Sequence record: PP885733.1
Reading direction: 5' to 3' (one strand)
Length of the DNA stretch: 64,000 bases
The position numbers and the translations under genes were made by a program. Under the pieces are notes generated by a model. The model was not told the DNA's origin. It saw only the letters and a program-made list of their open reading frames with translations, and did not search any database. Shown here piece after piece: positions 26,540 to 34,854 of this stretch (the first letter of the stretch is position 1; every line of letters starts with the position of its first letter).

Positions 26540-27529
26540 ATGTCTTTAGACAAATTCGAAATCAAACGTATTGCCGGTATCGCTTATCTGCAAACTCGCA
26601 TCCGTCAGCTGGACACCATGTACAACTACGTCACTATTGACGGCATGGTTGGCAATGACACCAAAACTGCATGGCGCGAAATTCTGGAAATTGCTCTGGG
26701 ACTTAACCGTCCATTTGCAATGCCGGTATTCGATAGCAACTCCATCACGTACATTCAGTCTACTATCCGGGATGCATTTAAACTGAAGCCCAACTATGTG
26801 AAACCAACTTTCATTGTGGATGGTCAGTGGGGTGATGATACCAAAGCAGCTATCGATGCAGTAATCGATATGTATGCTGAACGTGTCATCGTTCGTAGTT
26901 GCACTCGTGTATCTCAGCCAACTGGTCGTTTATCCGATCGTACATTGTCTGGGATGCGCACTAAGTTGAAACCTTATAACGGTCAACGTCCTCGTCCAAC
27001 TCAGTACGCTGATGATCAGGGAAAACATATCGAGGGATTTCATTGGTTTGAGAATCTCCCTCATGAACAAAATCAGGACGTCTGGAATCTGTTAGCCAAA
27101 GCAATGAACTTTGATAACCCTGTCGTATCTCCGGCTCATATGGCTGCTGCCGGTTATGTAATTGGTATTCACTGGTTCCAAGGAATGCCTGTTGGGATCA
27201 TTGTTTGGCGTACTGCACACACTCTGGAACTCAGGGCACGTGGTGAGAATTGTTCTGAGTTTGGGGATTCCAGAGTAGCATACCTGGCTGGGATTTATGT
27301 CAACAGAAGTATCCAAGGTCAAGGTATCGGCACTGGTATGTTGGTCAAATCCCGTAACCATATGGCAGACTTGGGTTACGCTGAGCTTCGATTCACTAAA
27401 GAAGGACGTAACGAAGAGATTGAAAACAGACTCTTCAGAACGTTGACTTGCGGACTCAGATATGTACCGTATGACCCGATGAATAATCTCGGTAATGAGT
27501 CAGAAACCCATTGTCGACATAAACTGTAA
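26540..27529 (+). CDS. Peptidoglycan-binding-domain-like repeats fused to a GNAT acetyltransferase
   Basis: YLQ...IDGMVGNDTKTAW and YIQ...VDGQWGDDTKAAI resemble PG_binding_1. YLAGIYVNRSIQGQGIGTGML is GNAT acetyl-CoA motif A. Confidence 0.7.
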   Translation: MSLDKFEIKRIAGIAYLQTRIRQLDTMYNYVTIDGMVGNDTKTAWREILEIALGLNRPFAMPVFDSNSITYIQSTIRDAFKLKPNYVKPTFIVDGQWGDDTKAAIDAVIDMYAERVIVRSCTRVSQPTGRLSDRTLSGMRTKLKPYNGQRPRPTQYADDQGKHIEGFHWFENLPHEQNQDVWNLLAKAMNFDNPVVSPAHMAAAGYVIGIHWFQGMPVGIIVWRTAHTLELRARGENCSEFGDSRVAYLAGIYVNRSIQGQGIGTGMLVKSRNHMADLGYAELRFTKEGRNEEIENRLFRTLTCGLRYVPYDPMNNLGNESETHCRHKL

Positions 27530-27535
27530 TACATT

Positions 27536-27565
27536 CCCTCTTACTCCTTAACGGGAGTAAGAGGG
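27536..27565 (+). terminator. Rho-independent terminator
   Basis: CCCTCTTACTCC-TTAACG-GGAGTAAGAGGG followed by TTT. Confidence 0.75.
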
Positions 27566-27598
27566 TTTATAATTGCTTCTGTTTTTAGTTGAATCCAA

Positions 27599-27622
27599 TC
27601 TCAGACCTATATTACCTAAGTG
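27599..27622 (+). promoter_or_regulatory. Early-type promoter containing exact TATATTAC
   Basis: TCTCAGACCT-ATATTACC-TAAG-TG. Confidence 0.75.
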
Positions 27623-27678
27623 TAAATACAACAAGTATTAATTCACCTGCATCCTAACCTAGTAAAAGGAAAACTATT

Positions 27679-28008
27679 ATGAACAACTTCGCATATGTAG
27701 ACCACATCGCTGACCGTAACGTTGAAGGCGTAGAATACATGATCAACACTCTGTCTGAAAAAGACGCATCTGTAGCTAAAGAAGCTGCAGTTAACGGTGT
27801 TGTAATCGGTGCTCTGAAAACTATCGCTCGTAACGTATTCGGCAACATTCCTTTCTTCCGTCCAGTTATCACTGACAACTCTGTTGAAACTTTCCAGATC
27901 TGGTTCAACGAGTTCGCAGAAGCTAACAACCTGACCAAACGTATCCACGTTACTGGTGTATGGTCTGAAGAAACTAAAGAAGCTTACGACATGATCGTAA
28001 ACGCTTAA
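27679..28008 (+). CDS. Stand-alone PGBD-like protein, likely highly expressed
   Basis: FQIWFN...IHVTGVWSEETKEAY resembles the PGBD motif. Strongly optimised codons; AAAGGA RBS. Confidence 0.7.
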   Translation: MNNFAYVDHIADRNVEGVEYMINTLSEKDASVAKEAAVNGVVIGALKTIARNVFGNIPFFRPVITDNSVETFQIWFNEFAEANNLTKRIHVTGVWSEETKEAYDMIVNA

Positions 28009-28042
28009 TAACTAAATCCATAACTCACTCAAGGAAATTCAA

Positions 28043-28210
28043 ATGACACGTTTAACTGCTATCATCATCGCTATCTGCTTCTTTGGTTTCCTGGGTCTGT
28101 GTGTGGCATTCGGTTCCACCTTCATGGCTAAGCTGCTGATCTGTACAGTAATCGGTACAGCAGTAGCAGCCGGGATCGCGGTAACAGCTCGTAATGCAAT
28201 CAAACGTTAA
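28043..28210 (+). CDS. Small membrane protein (55 aa; not in ORF track)
   Basis: AAGGA RBS; MTRLTAIIIAICFFGFLGLCVAFGSTFMAKLLICTVIGTAVAAGIAVTARNAIKR. Confidence 0.7.
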   Translation: MTRLTAIIIAICFFGFLGLCVAFGSTFMAKLLICTVIGTAVAAGIAVTARNAIKR

Positions 28211-28217
28211 TCCATAG

Positions 28218-28251
28218 GTCGTCCTTCTAGTTTAATACTGGGAGGACGATC
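28218..28251 (+). terminator. Terminator hairpin
   Basis: GTCGTCCTTCTAG...CTGGGAGGACGAT inverted repeat after the stop. Confidence 0.6.
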
Positions 28252-28286
28252 AACTGTTTAGCTTATTAATTTTTGTTTGGAGATGT

Positions 28287-28931
28287 ATGAAAAAGAAACG
28301 TATCCTGTTAGCTCTCGATGCTGACGGCACAATGACACTGACTGCTAAGTACCTTCGTCTGTGGGCTATCGAAGAGTTCAAACGTTTAGATATGCATGAT
28401 GCGTTAGAGTACGCGTTAGCTCATCCTGAACAATCCACTTTACTGTGGCCGAAGTACATGCGTGATATCACTGACCAATGCGTACTGCAAGGTGACTTCA
28501 TGATCCACGTAGAGCCGTCTGAACTGGTCACCAAAGGACTGTTCGATCAACTGGATAAACTACAGCGTCGTCGTACTCACGTCGCGTTAGATGTCGTTGT
28601 GTGTACTCACCGTGGGTTCCATGAGAAAGGTGAAAGCAACACAGAGTCCTGGTTGAAAGATCATGACAAGTGGGGTGTGGTAGAAAAGGTACACGCTATC
28701 GATCCTGCTGAACATCCTAACAAGTTGTTGTTCCTGGAACAACATTATCCGGATCACGACATCCACTTGCTGGATGATAACCCGCTGTTCCGTTCTAACG
28801 AAGTTCATCCTCGTGATGATCGTCTCTGTATCTATAGCGAAGAAGGTAATCTTCCTTGCTATGATAACCAGATCCAATTCCCTGGGCTGCACGCCTACAT
28901 CAATTTCCTCGAACTGAAAATGGTAGCATAA
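28287..28931 (+). CDS. HAD-superfamily phosphatase (nucleotidase-like)
   Basis: LALDADGT (DxDGT), VCTHRG and LLDDNP motifs. Confidence 0.75.
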   Translation: MKKKRILLALDADGTMTLTAKYLRLWAIEEFKRLDMHDALEYALAHPEQSTLLWPKYMRDITDQCVLQGDFMIHVEPSELVTKGLFDQLDKLQRRRTHVALDVVVCTHRGFHEKGESNTESWLKDHDKWGVVEKVHAIDPAEHPNKLLFLEQHYPDHDIHLLDDNPLFRSNEVHPRDDRLCIYSEEGNLPCYDNQIQFPGLHAYINFLELKMVA

Positions 28932-29629
28932 TGAACATCGATAAAACTATGAAGTACATTACCCCGATCTCCTACTCCATGATCGTAGCTCGTGACAAAC
29001 GTGCTGGTATCGGTCTGGGTAATGGTTTACCGTGGCCGAAGTGTAAGGTTGACTTTGACTGGTTCAAACGTCACACCATGGGCAAACTGATGGTTATGGG
29101 TTTCAAGACCTGGGAAACTATGGGTTCTCGTCCTCTGCCTGGTCGCATCAGCTGTGTACTCACCACTAAACAGGAATACCTGCAAGGTAAAGAGTACAAC
29201 AAAGTTGACACTGGACCTTTCTCCGGTTTCGTAATCTTCTTCCAGAGCATCAGCGCGTTCAAGCGTTGGCTGACTGTTAACGTCGGTACTGAGTTTGAAG
29301 TACCGGCTCCGAAGAAACAGGGTGAAACCGAATTCAAATCCATGACTGTGACCGTAATGGGCGAGATCATGGTAATCGGTGGCGCTACCGTATATCAGGA
29401 ATTCCAGAACGATATTAACAGTATCTACCTGACTACCTTCGAAGGCCACTGGGAAGCGGACACATTCCTGGATATCGACCTGTACGGTTGGGAGATGCGT
29501 TATCACGACAGCACTTCCAAGCTGAATCCGGTATTCCAGATCTACACACGTCAACCAATCATGGTTGCTAATCACGGCTGGATGCCAGGACATAACACTA
29601 AAGGTGATGACAATGTTCAAGATTCCTGA
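28931..29629 (+). CDS. folA: Dihydrofolate reductase
   Basis: IGLGNGLPWP, DFDWFK, MGFKTWETMGSRPLPGR, VIGGATVY and EADTF motifs. Confidence 0.93.
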   Translation: MNIDKTMKYITPISYSMIVARDKRAGIGLGNGLPWPKCKVDFDWFKRHTMGKLMVMGFKTWETMGSRPLPGRISCVLTTKQEYLQGKEYNKVDTGPFSGFVIFFQSISAFKRWLTVNVGTEFEVPAPKKQGETEFKSMTVTVMGEIMVIGGATVYQEFQNDINSIYLTTFEGHWEADTFLDIDLYGWEMRYHDSTSKLNPVFQIYTRQPIMVANHGWMPGHNTKGDDNVQDS

Positions 29630-29873
29630 TGAGTTGGTAACACAGGTCAAGGCTGGCGAGCGTTTCTGGGTAAGCAGTGCTGGTCCGGAGATTGCTAAAT
29701 TATGTGGTGACAAGATCTGTATCGATGTTCCTTCCAACAAAGTAAAGTTGGGTGAATGTTTCTATGCGACAGCCACCAATAAGCTGGTTCGCCGTTTAGG
29801 TCTGACGGACAACATTGTCCCTATGCCCAACAAGCTGACTCAAATTAACTATAACGGTAAACGGGTAGCATAA
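29613..29873 (+). CDS. Hypothetical protein
   Basis: ATG at 29613 after AAGGTG. Confidence 0.65.
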   Translation: MFKIPDELVTQVKAGERFWVSSAGPEIAKLCGDKICIDVPSNKVKLGECFYATATNKLVRRLGLTDNIVPMPNKLTQINYNGKRVA

Positions 29874-29889
29874 CCCGACTGGAGGTAAT

Positions 29890-30015
29890 GTGAGCGATTT
29901 ATTATTAGACTTACTCAAGCTGTTTCTTGCTTGCGTTGCTGTTGGTCTCACTCTGGCTACGGCGTGGCAGTTAGGTAAGAAGTACTTCGGTAAGAAAACT
30001 ACTCTACGTGATTAA
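29890..30015 (+). CDS. Small membrane peptide (41 aa; not in ORF track)
   Basis: GGAGG RBS, GTG start; TM segment followed by a basic tail (GKKYFGKK). Confidence 0.6.
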   Translation: MSDLLLDLLKLFLACVAVGLTLATAWQLGKKYFGKKTTLRD

Positions 30016-30020
30016 TACAT

Positions 30021-30050
30021 CTGAACTGGAACCTCCGGGTTCCAGTTCAG
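30021..30050 (+). terminator. Rho-independent terminator
   Basis: CTGAACTGGAACC-TCCG-GGTTCCAGTTCAG perfect stem followed by a T-rich tail. Confidence 0.8.
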
Positions 30051-30078
30051 TTTATGTTATTTTCGTTTCTTTAATAAA

Positions 30079-30102
30079 TTACAGATAGATATTATCTTTA
30101 TG
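30079..30102 (+). promoter_or_regulatory. Early-type promoter
   Basis: TTACAGATAG-ATATTATC-TTTA-TG. Confidence 0.7.
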
Positions 30103-30132
30103 TAAAGCTAACCATAATTAATCTGGAGCATC

Positions 30133-30705
30133 ATGGAAACGTTAAACGCTTTGAATGAATTCATCAGAAGCCCTGCTGGTTTCTGGACAATGACCGGAGC
30201 AGTAATCTGGATCATCATCGGCATCGTCCTGTTCTGTAAGTACTTCGTAATGGGGCTGATTGGATGCACTCGCAAAGAGGATAATGCATTCGCGATTATC
30301 TACACACTCGGCTGCGTGTTCCTCTGGCCACTGTATCTGTTATGGATGGGTAACTTCATCCTGTCCGGAATCGATCTCCGTAAACTACTACACCTTCCAC
30401 CTAAGCCTGTCTATTTGACATGTAAAGGAAAGGGTGGGAAGTACAAGTATATCGGTAAGAGTTTCCATCTGAACTCAATCGATAAGACCAACTTCAAAAT
30501 CGCTGGTTATGACACAACAATAGGGGCTGGTACATCCAGAGGTGAAACGTTCAGAGTTTACAATATCCTTGAGCCTGATCTTCCATTATTCCACAGTGGG
30601 TTCTCTGAAACATCAGAACCTATTCGCATCTATCAAGATGTCAACACTAAGCAATACTTCCATCGTAAAGAGAAAGACTTCTCTGAACGTATGACCAATT
30701 ACTAA
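30133..30705 (+). CDS. Membrane protein (two N-terminal TM segments)
   Basis: GGAG RBS; hydrophobic helices, then a soluble domain. Confidence 0.75.
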   Translation: METLNALNEFIRSPAGFWTMTGAVIWIIIGIVLFCKYFVMGLIGCTRKEDNAFAIIYTLGCVFLWPLYLLWMGNFILSGIDLRKLLHLPPKPVYLTCKGKGGKYKYIGKSFHLNSIDKTNFKIAGYDTTIGAGTSRGETFRVYNILEPDLPLFHSGFSETSEPIRIYQDVNTKQYFHRKEKDFSERMTNY

Positions 30706-30740
30706 TTAACCAATTCACATAGATAAAGAAGGAAACAAGA

Positions 30741-32318
30741 ATGTCCATGTTAACCGAAATCTCTTTCACCAATTCCATCGGCACTCGTGAAATCATCGAC
30801 GCGGTAATGCGTGATGCGTACGAATCAGTTTGTAGCACCATGGGGCCAAACGGTCGTTACGTTGTTATCAACCAGCTGAACAATCCTCGTGTAACCAAAG
30901 ATGGCGTGAGCGTTGCGAAAGCGCTGGACTTCAACGAAGCGCGTAAGAACCTGATCGCTAAGATCATCACTGAGCCTTCAATCAAAACCGATAACGAAGT
31001 CGGCGATGGTACAACTACAACTGTCTTCATGACTTACAAGTTGTATGAAGCGTTCAAAGATCTGATGACGTTCCGTAACCTGCGTTGGCTGGATGCGAAG
31101 ATGAAAGAGGTTGAGGAAGCAGTAAGTTCCTTGATCACTATCTGTGATGTGAACGATGAACGTTTCCGCAAGATGTTGATGACCTCTTCGAACTATGAAG
31201 AAGAGATCGTTGACAAAGTTCTGGAAGTGTATCGTGAGCACAAGAATCCGAATATCCGTCTGCAACGTGCGCCTAACCTACCAGGTGATGAAGTGAAGTT
31301 CACTCGCGAAGTTCATTTCGATGGTCAGTTTGCTCATGACCTGTATGTACCACAATCTGGTCGTCTGCAGATTGGTGCAAACAAAGTTGTGGGGATTATT
31401 ATCGATGGCAACGTTCAGGGCTTCAGCAATGAAGAGTTCAGTGCTCTGGGTAACGCACATCCAGATAAGCCAGTTCTGATCATGGCTCGTAACTTCGATC
31501 CATTTGCAATCGCGCAGATCAACGCTGAAAACCAGAAACTCAAACAGTCCAATCCAGAAGCACCAGTCAAGTTCGTTCCGTATAAACTGAACGCTGCTGG
31601 TTCTTTGGGTAGTCAGTCTGTAGCCGATCTGGGTAAACTGCTGGATATCGATCCACTGTTCAGTCTGGAAGCGATGCAGTCCGATCTATTGAAAGTGATT
31701 GATGTGGATGTAATGTTGGCGACTGCTGGCATCTTCCTGACCAAAGACAACGATCTGGTTAAGCATCGTGCTGAACCAATTCTGGAACGTCTGGATGAGC
31801 GTTATGAATCGTTCTCCATTACTGATCGCCAGCAACCAGTTGGTCGTGACGTAGCTCGTCGTATTGCTCGTCTTCGTGCAAACAACGTAACCATCAACGT
31901 ATCGGGTGTAACTCAGTCTGATGCGGAAGAACGTTACTATCGTTATGAAGACGTAATGAAAGCGGCGCGTACAGGTCTGGAGTTCGGCGTGATTCCTGGT
32001 ATCGGCTATGGCTATCTCATGGCACGTCAGATGCTGGAAGGCGCTAAGCCTGCACAATCTGATGAGGGACTCAATCAACTGCATGAACTGCTGATGCAAG
32101 TTTTAACCTCACAATACGAACACCTGACCAGCAATGTATATGAAGGTCCAGGTTCTGTATGTTTCGTCGATTTGGTAACGGGTGAAGAAAGCCCAGTACC
32201 GGCAAACGTATATGACAATGCTGCAGCAACGTTGACTGCACTGAAGGGCGCGTGGGCAACTGCGAAGACCTTAGGCAAAGTCAGTAATGTGATGGGTAAA
32301 TCTAACTCGGCTTACTAA
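30741..32318 (+). CDS. groEL: GroEL-like chaperonin
   Basis: STMGPNGR, TKDGVSVAKAL, VGDGTTTT, RYEDVMKAAR and GVIPGIG motifs. No C-terminal GGM tail. Confidence 0.92.
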   Translation: MSMLTEISFTNSIGTREIIDAVMRDAYESVCSTMGPNGRYVVINQLNNPRVTKDGVSVAKALDFNEARKNLIAKIITEPSIKTDNEVGDGTTTTVFMTYKLYEAFKDLMTFRNLRWLDAKMKEVEEAVSSLITICDVNDERFRKMLMTSSNYEEEIVDKVLEVYREHKNPNIRLQRAPNLPGDEVKFTREVHFDGQFAHDLYVPQSGRLQIGANKVVGIIIDGNVQGFSNEEFSALGNAHPDKPVLIMARNFDPFAIAQINAENQKLKQSNPEAPVKFVPYKLNAAGSLGSQSVADLGKLLDIDPLFSLEAMQSDLLKVIDVDVMLATAGIFLTKDNDLVKHRAEPILERLDERYESFSITDRQQPVGRDVARRIARLRANNVTINVSGVTQSDAEERYYRYEDVMKAARTGLEFGVIPGIGYGYLMARQMLEGAKPAQSDEGLNQLHELLMQVLTSQYEHLTSNVYEGPGSVCFVDLVTGEESPVPANVYDNAAATLTALKGAWATAKTLGKVSNVMGKSNSAY

Positions 32319-32325
32319 TGCGATT

Positions 32326-32380
32326 AAGTTGACTCTGGCTTCGGCTGGAGTCAACTTTCTTATCTCTCTTTTTCTTTTCG
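32326..32380 (+). terminator. Rho-independent terminator
   Basis: AAGTTGACTCTGGC-TTCG-GCTGGAGTCAACTT followed by T-rich sequence. Confidence 0.8.
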
Positions 32381-32477
32381 TTGTTTTACTTAATTACTGA
32401 AGGAGTAATATGCAGAATTTCACCTGTCTGCAAGTTCGCGTGAGCGCTCCAATTCAGCTAAGGGTTATGGTATTCCT

Positions 32478-32753
32478 GTGATCCTCAAAAGGTTAGCCAC
32501 GGCTAAGAGTGCGGGACGTAAGCAGTTCTTTCACGAGGACAACTTACTGGCACTCATCTTCATTATTATCGCGCTTACCTTCTCCTTGGCAAACGGACAG
32601 TATATGTTCGCATACTTCTGTATGGGGTTGGTTGTAGTACGCGTTGGAGAGATTATCTTCGAGACTAAAAGGAATATGCTCGACAAACCTTTCTTGCATT
32701 ATTTACTTGGTATTGGAATTCCACTACAAGTCGCATGGAATGTGTTTAAATAA
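32478..32753 (+). CDS. Membrane protein
   Basis: GTG start; hydrophobic segments. Confidence 0.55.
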   Translation: MILKRLATAKSAGRKQFFHEDNLLALIFIIIALTFSLANGQYMFAYFCMGLVVVRVGEIIFETKRNMLDKPFLHYLLGIGIPLQVAWNVFK

Positions 32754-32771
32754 TCTCTTCGGGGTCTAGCG

Positions 32772-33362
32772 ATGGCTTCTTTACACTTTTACTTCAGTAC
32801 GATGAATGCGGGCAAGTCACTAGATTTGCTCCGTTCCAACTATAACTATATTGAACGAGGAATGAAGACTTATATCCTCAAGCCACAGATCGATACACGT
32901 GAGGCGAAACAAGTGATTCGTTCGCGTACCGGTATGGAGGCTGAGTGCGAGTTATTCAAACCAGATCAAAACCTCTTTGCAATGGTCTCAGAGTACACGT
33001 TACTTAACGGGGATATCCATTGCGTCTTTATAGACGAAGCTCAGTTCATGACAGAAGACCAAGTTAAGCAACTGGTCAATGTGGTTAATAAACTTCACAT
33101 CCCTGTTGTGGTCTACGGGCTTCGTTCTGATTTCCAGGGTAAGTTATTCCCAGGTAGCGCTGCACTGATGGTGTGGGCTAATAAGATGACCGAACTGAAA
33201 ACGATTTGTTGGTGTGGTGCAAAAGCCACAATGGTTCTTCGTCTGGATACAGCCGGTAAGGTTGTACGTGAAGGAGCGCAAATACAGATCGGCGGAAACG
33301 ACAGTTATGTATCTGTCTGTAGCACGCACTTCGTAGAGGGTCAAACAGAGTCCAAGATTTAG
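32772..33362 (+). CDS. tdk: Thymidine kinase
   Basis: YFSTMNAGKS, IDEAQF, VYGLRSDFQGKLFPGS, CWCG and GGNDSYVSVC motifs. Confidence 0.96.
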   Translation: MASLHFYFSTMNAGKSLDLLRSNYNYIERGMKTYILKPQIDTREAKQVIRSRTGMEAECELFKPDQNLFAMVSEYTLLNGDIHCVFIDEAQFMTEDQVKQLVNVVNKLHIPVVVYGLRSDFQGKLFPGSAALMVWANKMTELKTICWCGAKATMVLRLDTAGKVVREGAQIQIGGNDSYVSVCSTHFVEGQTESKI

Positions 33363-33372
33363 TTACATTCCT

Positions 33373-33396
33373 TTTCAGATCTATATTATTTAAGTG
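33373..33396 (+). promoter_or_regulatory. Early-type promoter
   Basis: TTTCAGATCT-ATATTATT-TAAG-TG. Confidence 0.7.
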
Positions 33397-33443
33397 ATAA
33401 ACATACACAGTTTAAACTTAACTCTATATAGAAGGAATACATC

Positions 33444-33767
33444 ATGGATATGTCTTTTGATAAAATCGCAGCAGCATCTCTCCTGGGCGCAATGACCTCT
33501 GAGAAAGAAATCAGCGAGAACAACCACAACGTAGCTGGCGCGGTATGTGGCGTAGGCTTCGGTGTTGCTCTGGAACTTCTGTCTCCAACTGGCTCACTGA
33601 CTTCCGCAGTAGCTGCGGGCGTAGTTGGCGGTCTGGCGGTAGCGCTGGTGAAGCCAGCACTGGAACACGGTCCAGATGGTCAGATCGCAACTGCAGTCAG
33701 CTTCGTAGGTGGTGCAACCATCTCTATGAAAGCTGGTCGTATCGCTGCAAGCTATTTCCCAGGTTAA
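33444..33767 (+). CDS. Gly/Ala-rich hydrophobic (glycine-zipper-like) protein
   Basis: GAVCGVGFG, AGVVGGLA and VGGA segments; has its own promoter and terminator. Confidence 0.75.
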   Translation: MDMSFDKIAAASLLGAMTSEKEISENNHNVAGAVCGVGFGVALELLSPTGSLTSAVAAGVVGGLAVALVKPALEHGPDGQIATAVSFVGGATISMKAGRIAASYFPG

Positions 33768-33773
33768 TCATGT

Positions 33774-33798
33774 AACCCTCTCCCTAGCGGAGAGGGTT
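33774..33798 (+). terminator. Terminator hairpin
   Basis: AACCCTCTCC-CTAGC-GGAGAGGGTT. Confidence 0.7.
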
Positions 33799-33911
33799 CA
33801 TTAATTCTTTAATTTTTTTGTTTATCCTATGAAGGTACCTCATGAACTGACTCTTCTCAATGATTGAGAGAGTTAGGTTTATCCTTTTGTTCAATCCATG
33901 GAAATACTAAA

Positions 33912-34748
33912 ATGCGTAAATATCCAACTCCTTGGCAATACCTGGTTGACCTGATTGCTACTGGTCGTCTGAAAGCGGCTTATGCATCCGGTGACCGTAA
34001 GGCTATCGCCAACGCTGAGGCGGCGTATAAAGGTCTGTCCGAAGATGAAGTGGTGTTCTCTGCACCCGTGACTCGTAAAGACGGCAAGCTGGTTGTTAAC
34101 ATGACCTGCAAGCGCGGCTTCAAACTGAACGACATCGTTTTCAATACCGGCACCCTGGCCAAGATGGTTGCGCAGAACGCCAACCTGATGGCTGCTCACG
34201 AAGATCTGAACACCAGTCAAATCACTGGTTTCTACTTCTGTGAAGATGCCGATCAACTGCACCTGCTGATCAACCCGAACAGCAACCTGCACGAAGCGCT
34301 GAAGATGACTGGTTACGAGTTCCCACCTGAGAACTACAAAACCACCATCTATCCACAGCGTGACGACGTGCTGCTGGCTGAAGGCGAAATCGCTATCACT
34401 CACCCAGTTGTGGCCGGTACTGTATACGTTAGCTACGTTCAGCAGCCCCAGTCTCACGAAGAAATCGCTCAGCGTGTAGCTGATGAGAACAATGTCATTC
34501 GTTCCCAGCTGATCCCTGAAACTCCAGCTGAGCTGCTGGAATCTGGCGCTCCTCTGACTGACCTGACTCAGGGCGGCTCACCTGGCCCGATCGTTGAACA
34601 TGAGTTCAGCAAAGACGCCACTGAACTGGCTGAAGGCGCTGCAGATAAAACTGTAGCGATCCAGGAAGCCGCTAAGGCTGAAGCTCCGGCTGAAGAACCT
34701 GCTCAGGAAGAAGCTCCTGCTCAGACTCAGCAGAAGAAAAAGAAATAA
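33912..34748 (+). CDS. Divergent member of the N-terminal-domain family with acidic A/P/E tail
   Basis: ATG at 33912 (MRKYPTPW). AYKGLSEDEVVFSAP...DGKL...KRGFKLNDI aligns with the family motif. C-terminus EAPAEEPAQEEAPAQTQQKKKK. Confidence 0.75.
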   Translation: MRKYPTPWQYLVDLIATGRLKAAYASGDRKAIANAEAAYKGLSEDEVVFSAPVTRKDGKLVVNMTCKRGFKLNDIVFNTGTLAKMVAQNANLMAAHEDLNTSQITGFYFCEDADQLHLLINPNSNLHEALKMTGYEFPPENYKTTIYPQRDDVLLAEGEIAITHPVVAGTVYVSYVQQPQSHEEIAQRVADENNVIRSQLIPETPAELLESGAPLTDLTQGGSPGPIVEHEFSKDATELAEGAADKTVAIQEAAKAEAPAEEPAQEEAPAQTQQKKKK

Positions 34749-34755
34749 TCTAATT

Positions 34756-34781
34756 GCTAAGGTGGGTAATTCCACCTTAGC
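34756..34781 (+). terminator. Rho-independent terminator
   Basis: GCTAAGGTGG-GTAATT-CCACCTTAGC followed by TTTT. Confidence 0.8.
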
Positions 34782-34800
34782 TTTTATGTTGTTCATTCGT

Positions 34801-34824
34801 TTATAGACAGATATTATCTACTTG
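34801..34824 (+). promoter_or_regulatory. Early-type promoter
   Basis: TTATAGACAG-ATATTATC-TACT-TG. Confidence 0.7.
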
Positions 34825-34854
34825 ATACCAATCACATATTTATAAGGAACTATC

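Noticed and set aside
32410-32481. 23-aa ORF with AGGAG RBS (MQNFTCLQVRVSAPIQLRVMVFL)
   Set aside because: Too short to support. It may only couple translation to the GTG ORF at 32478; ribosome profiling would be needed.
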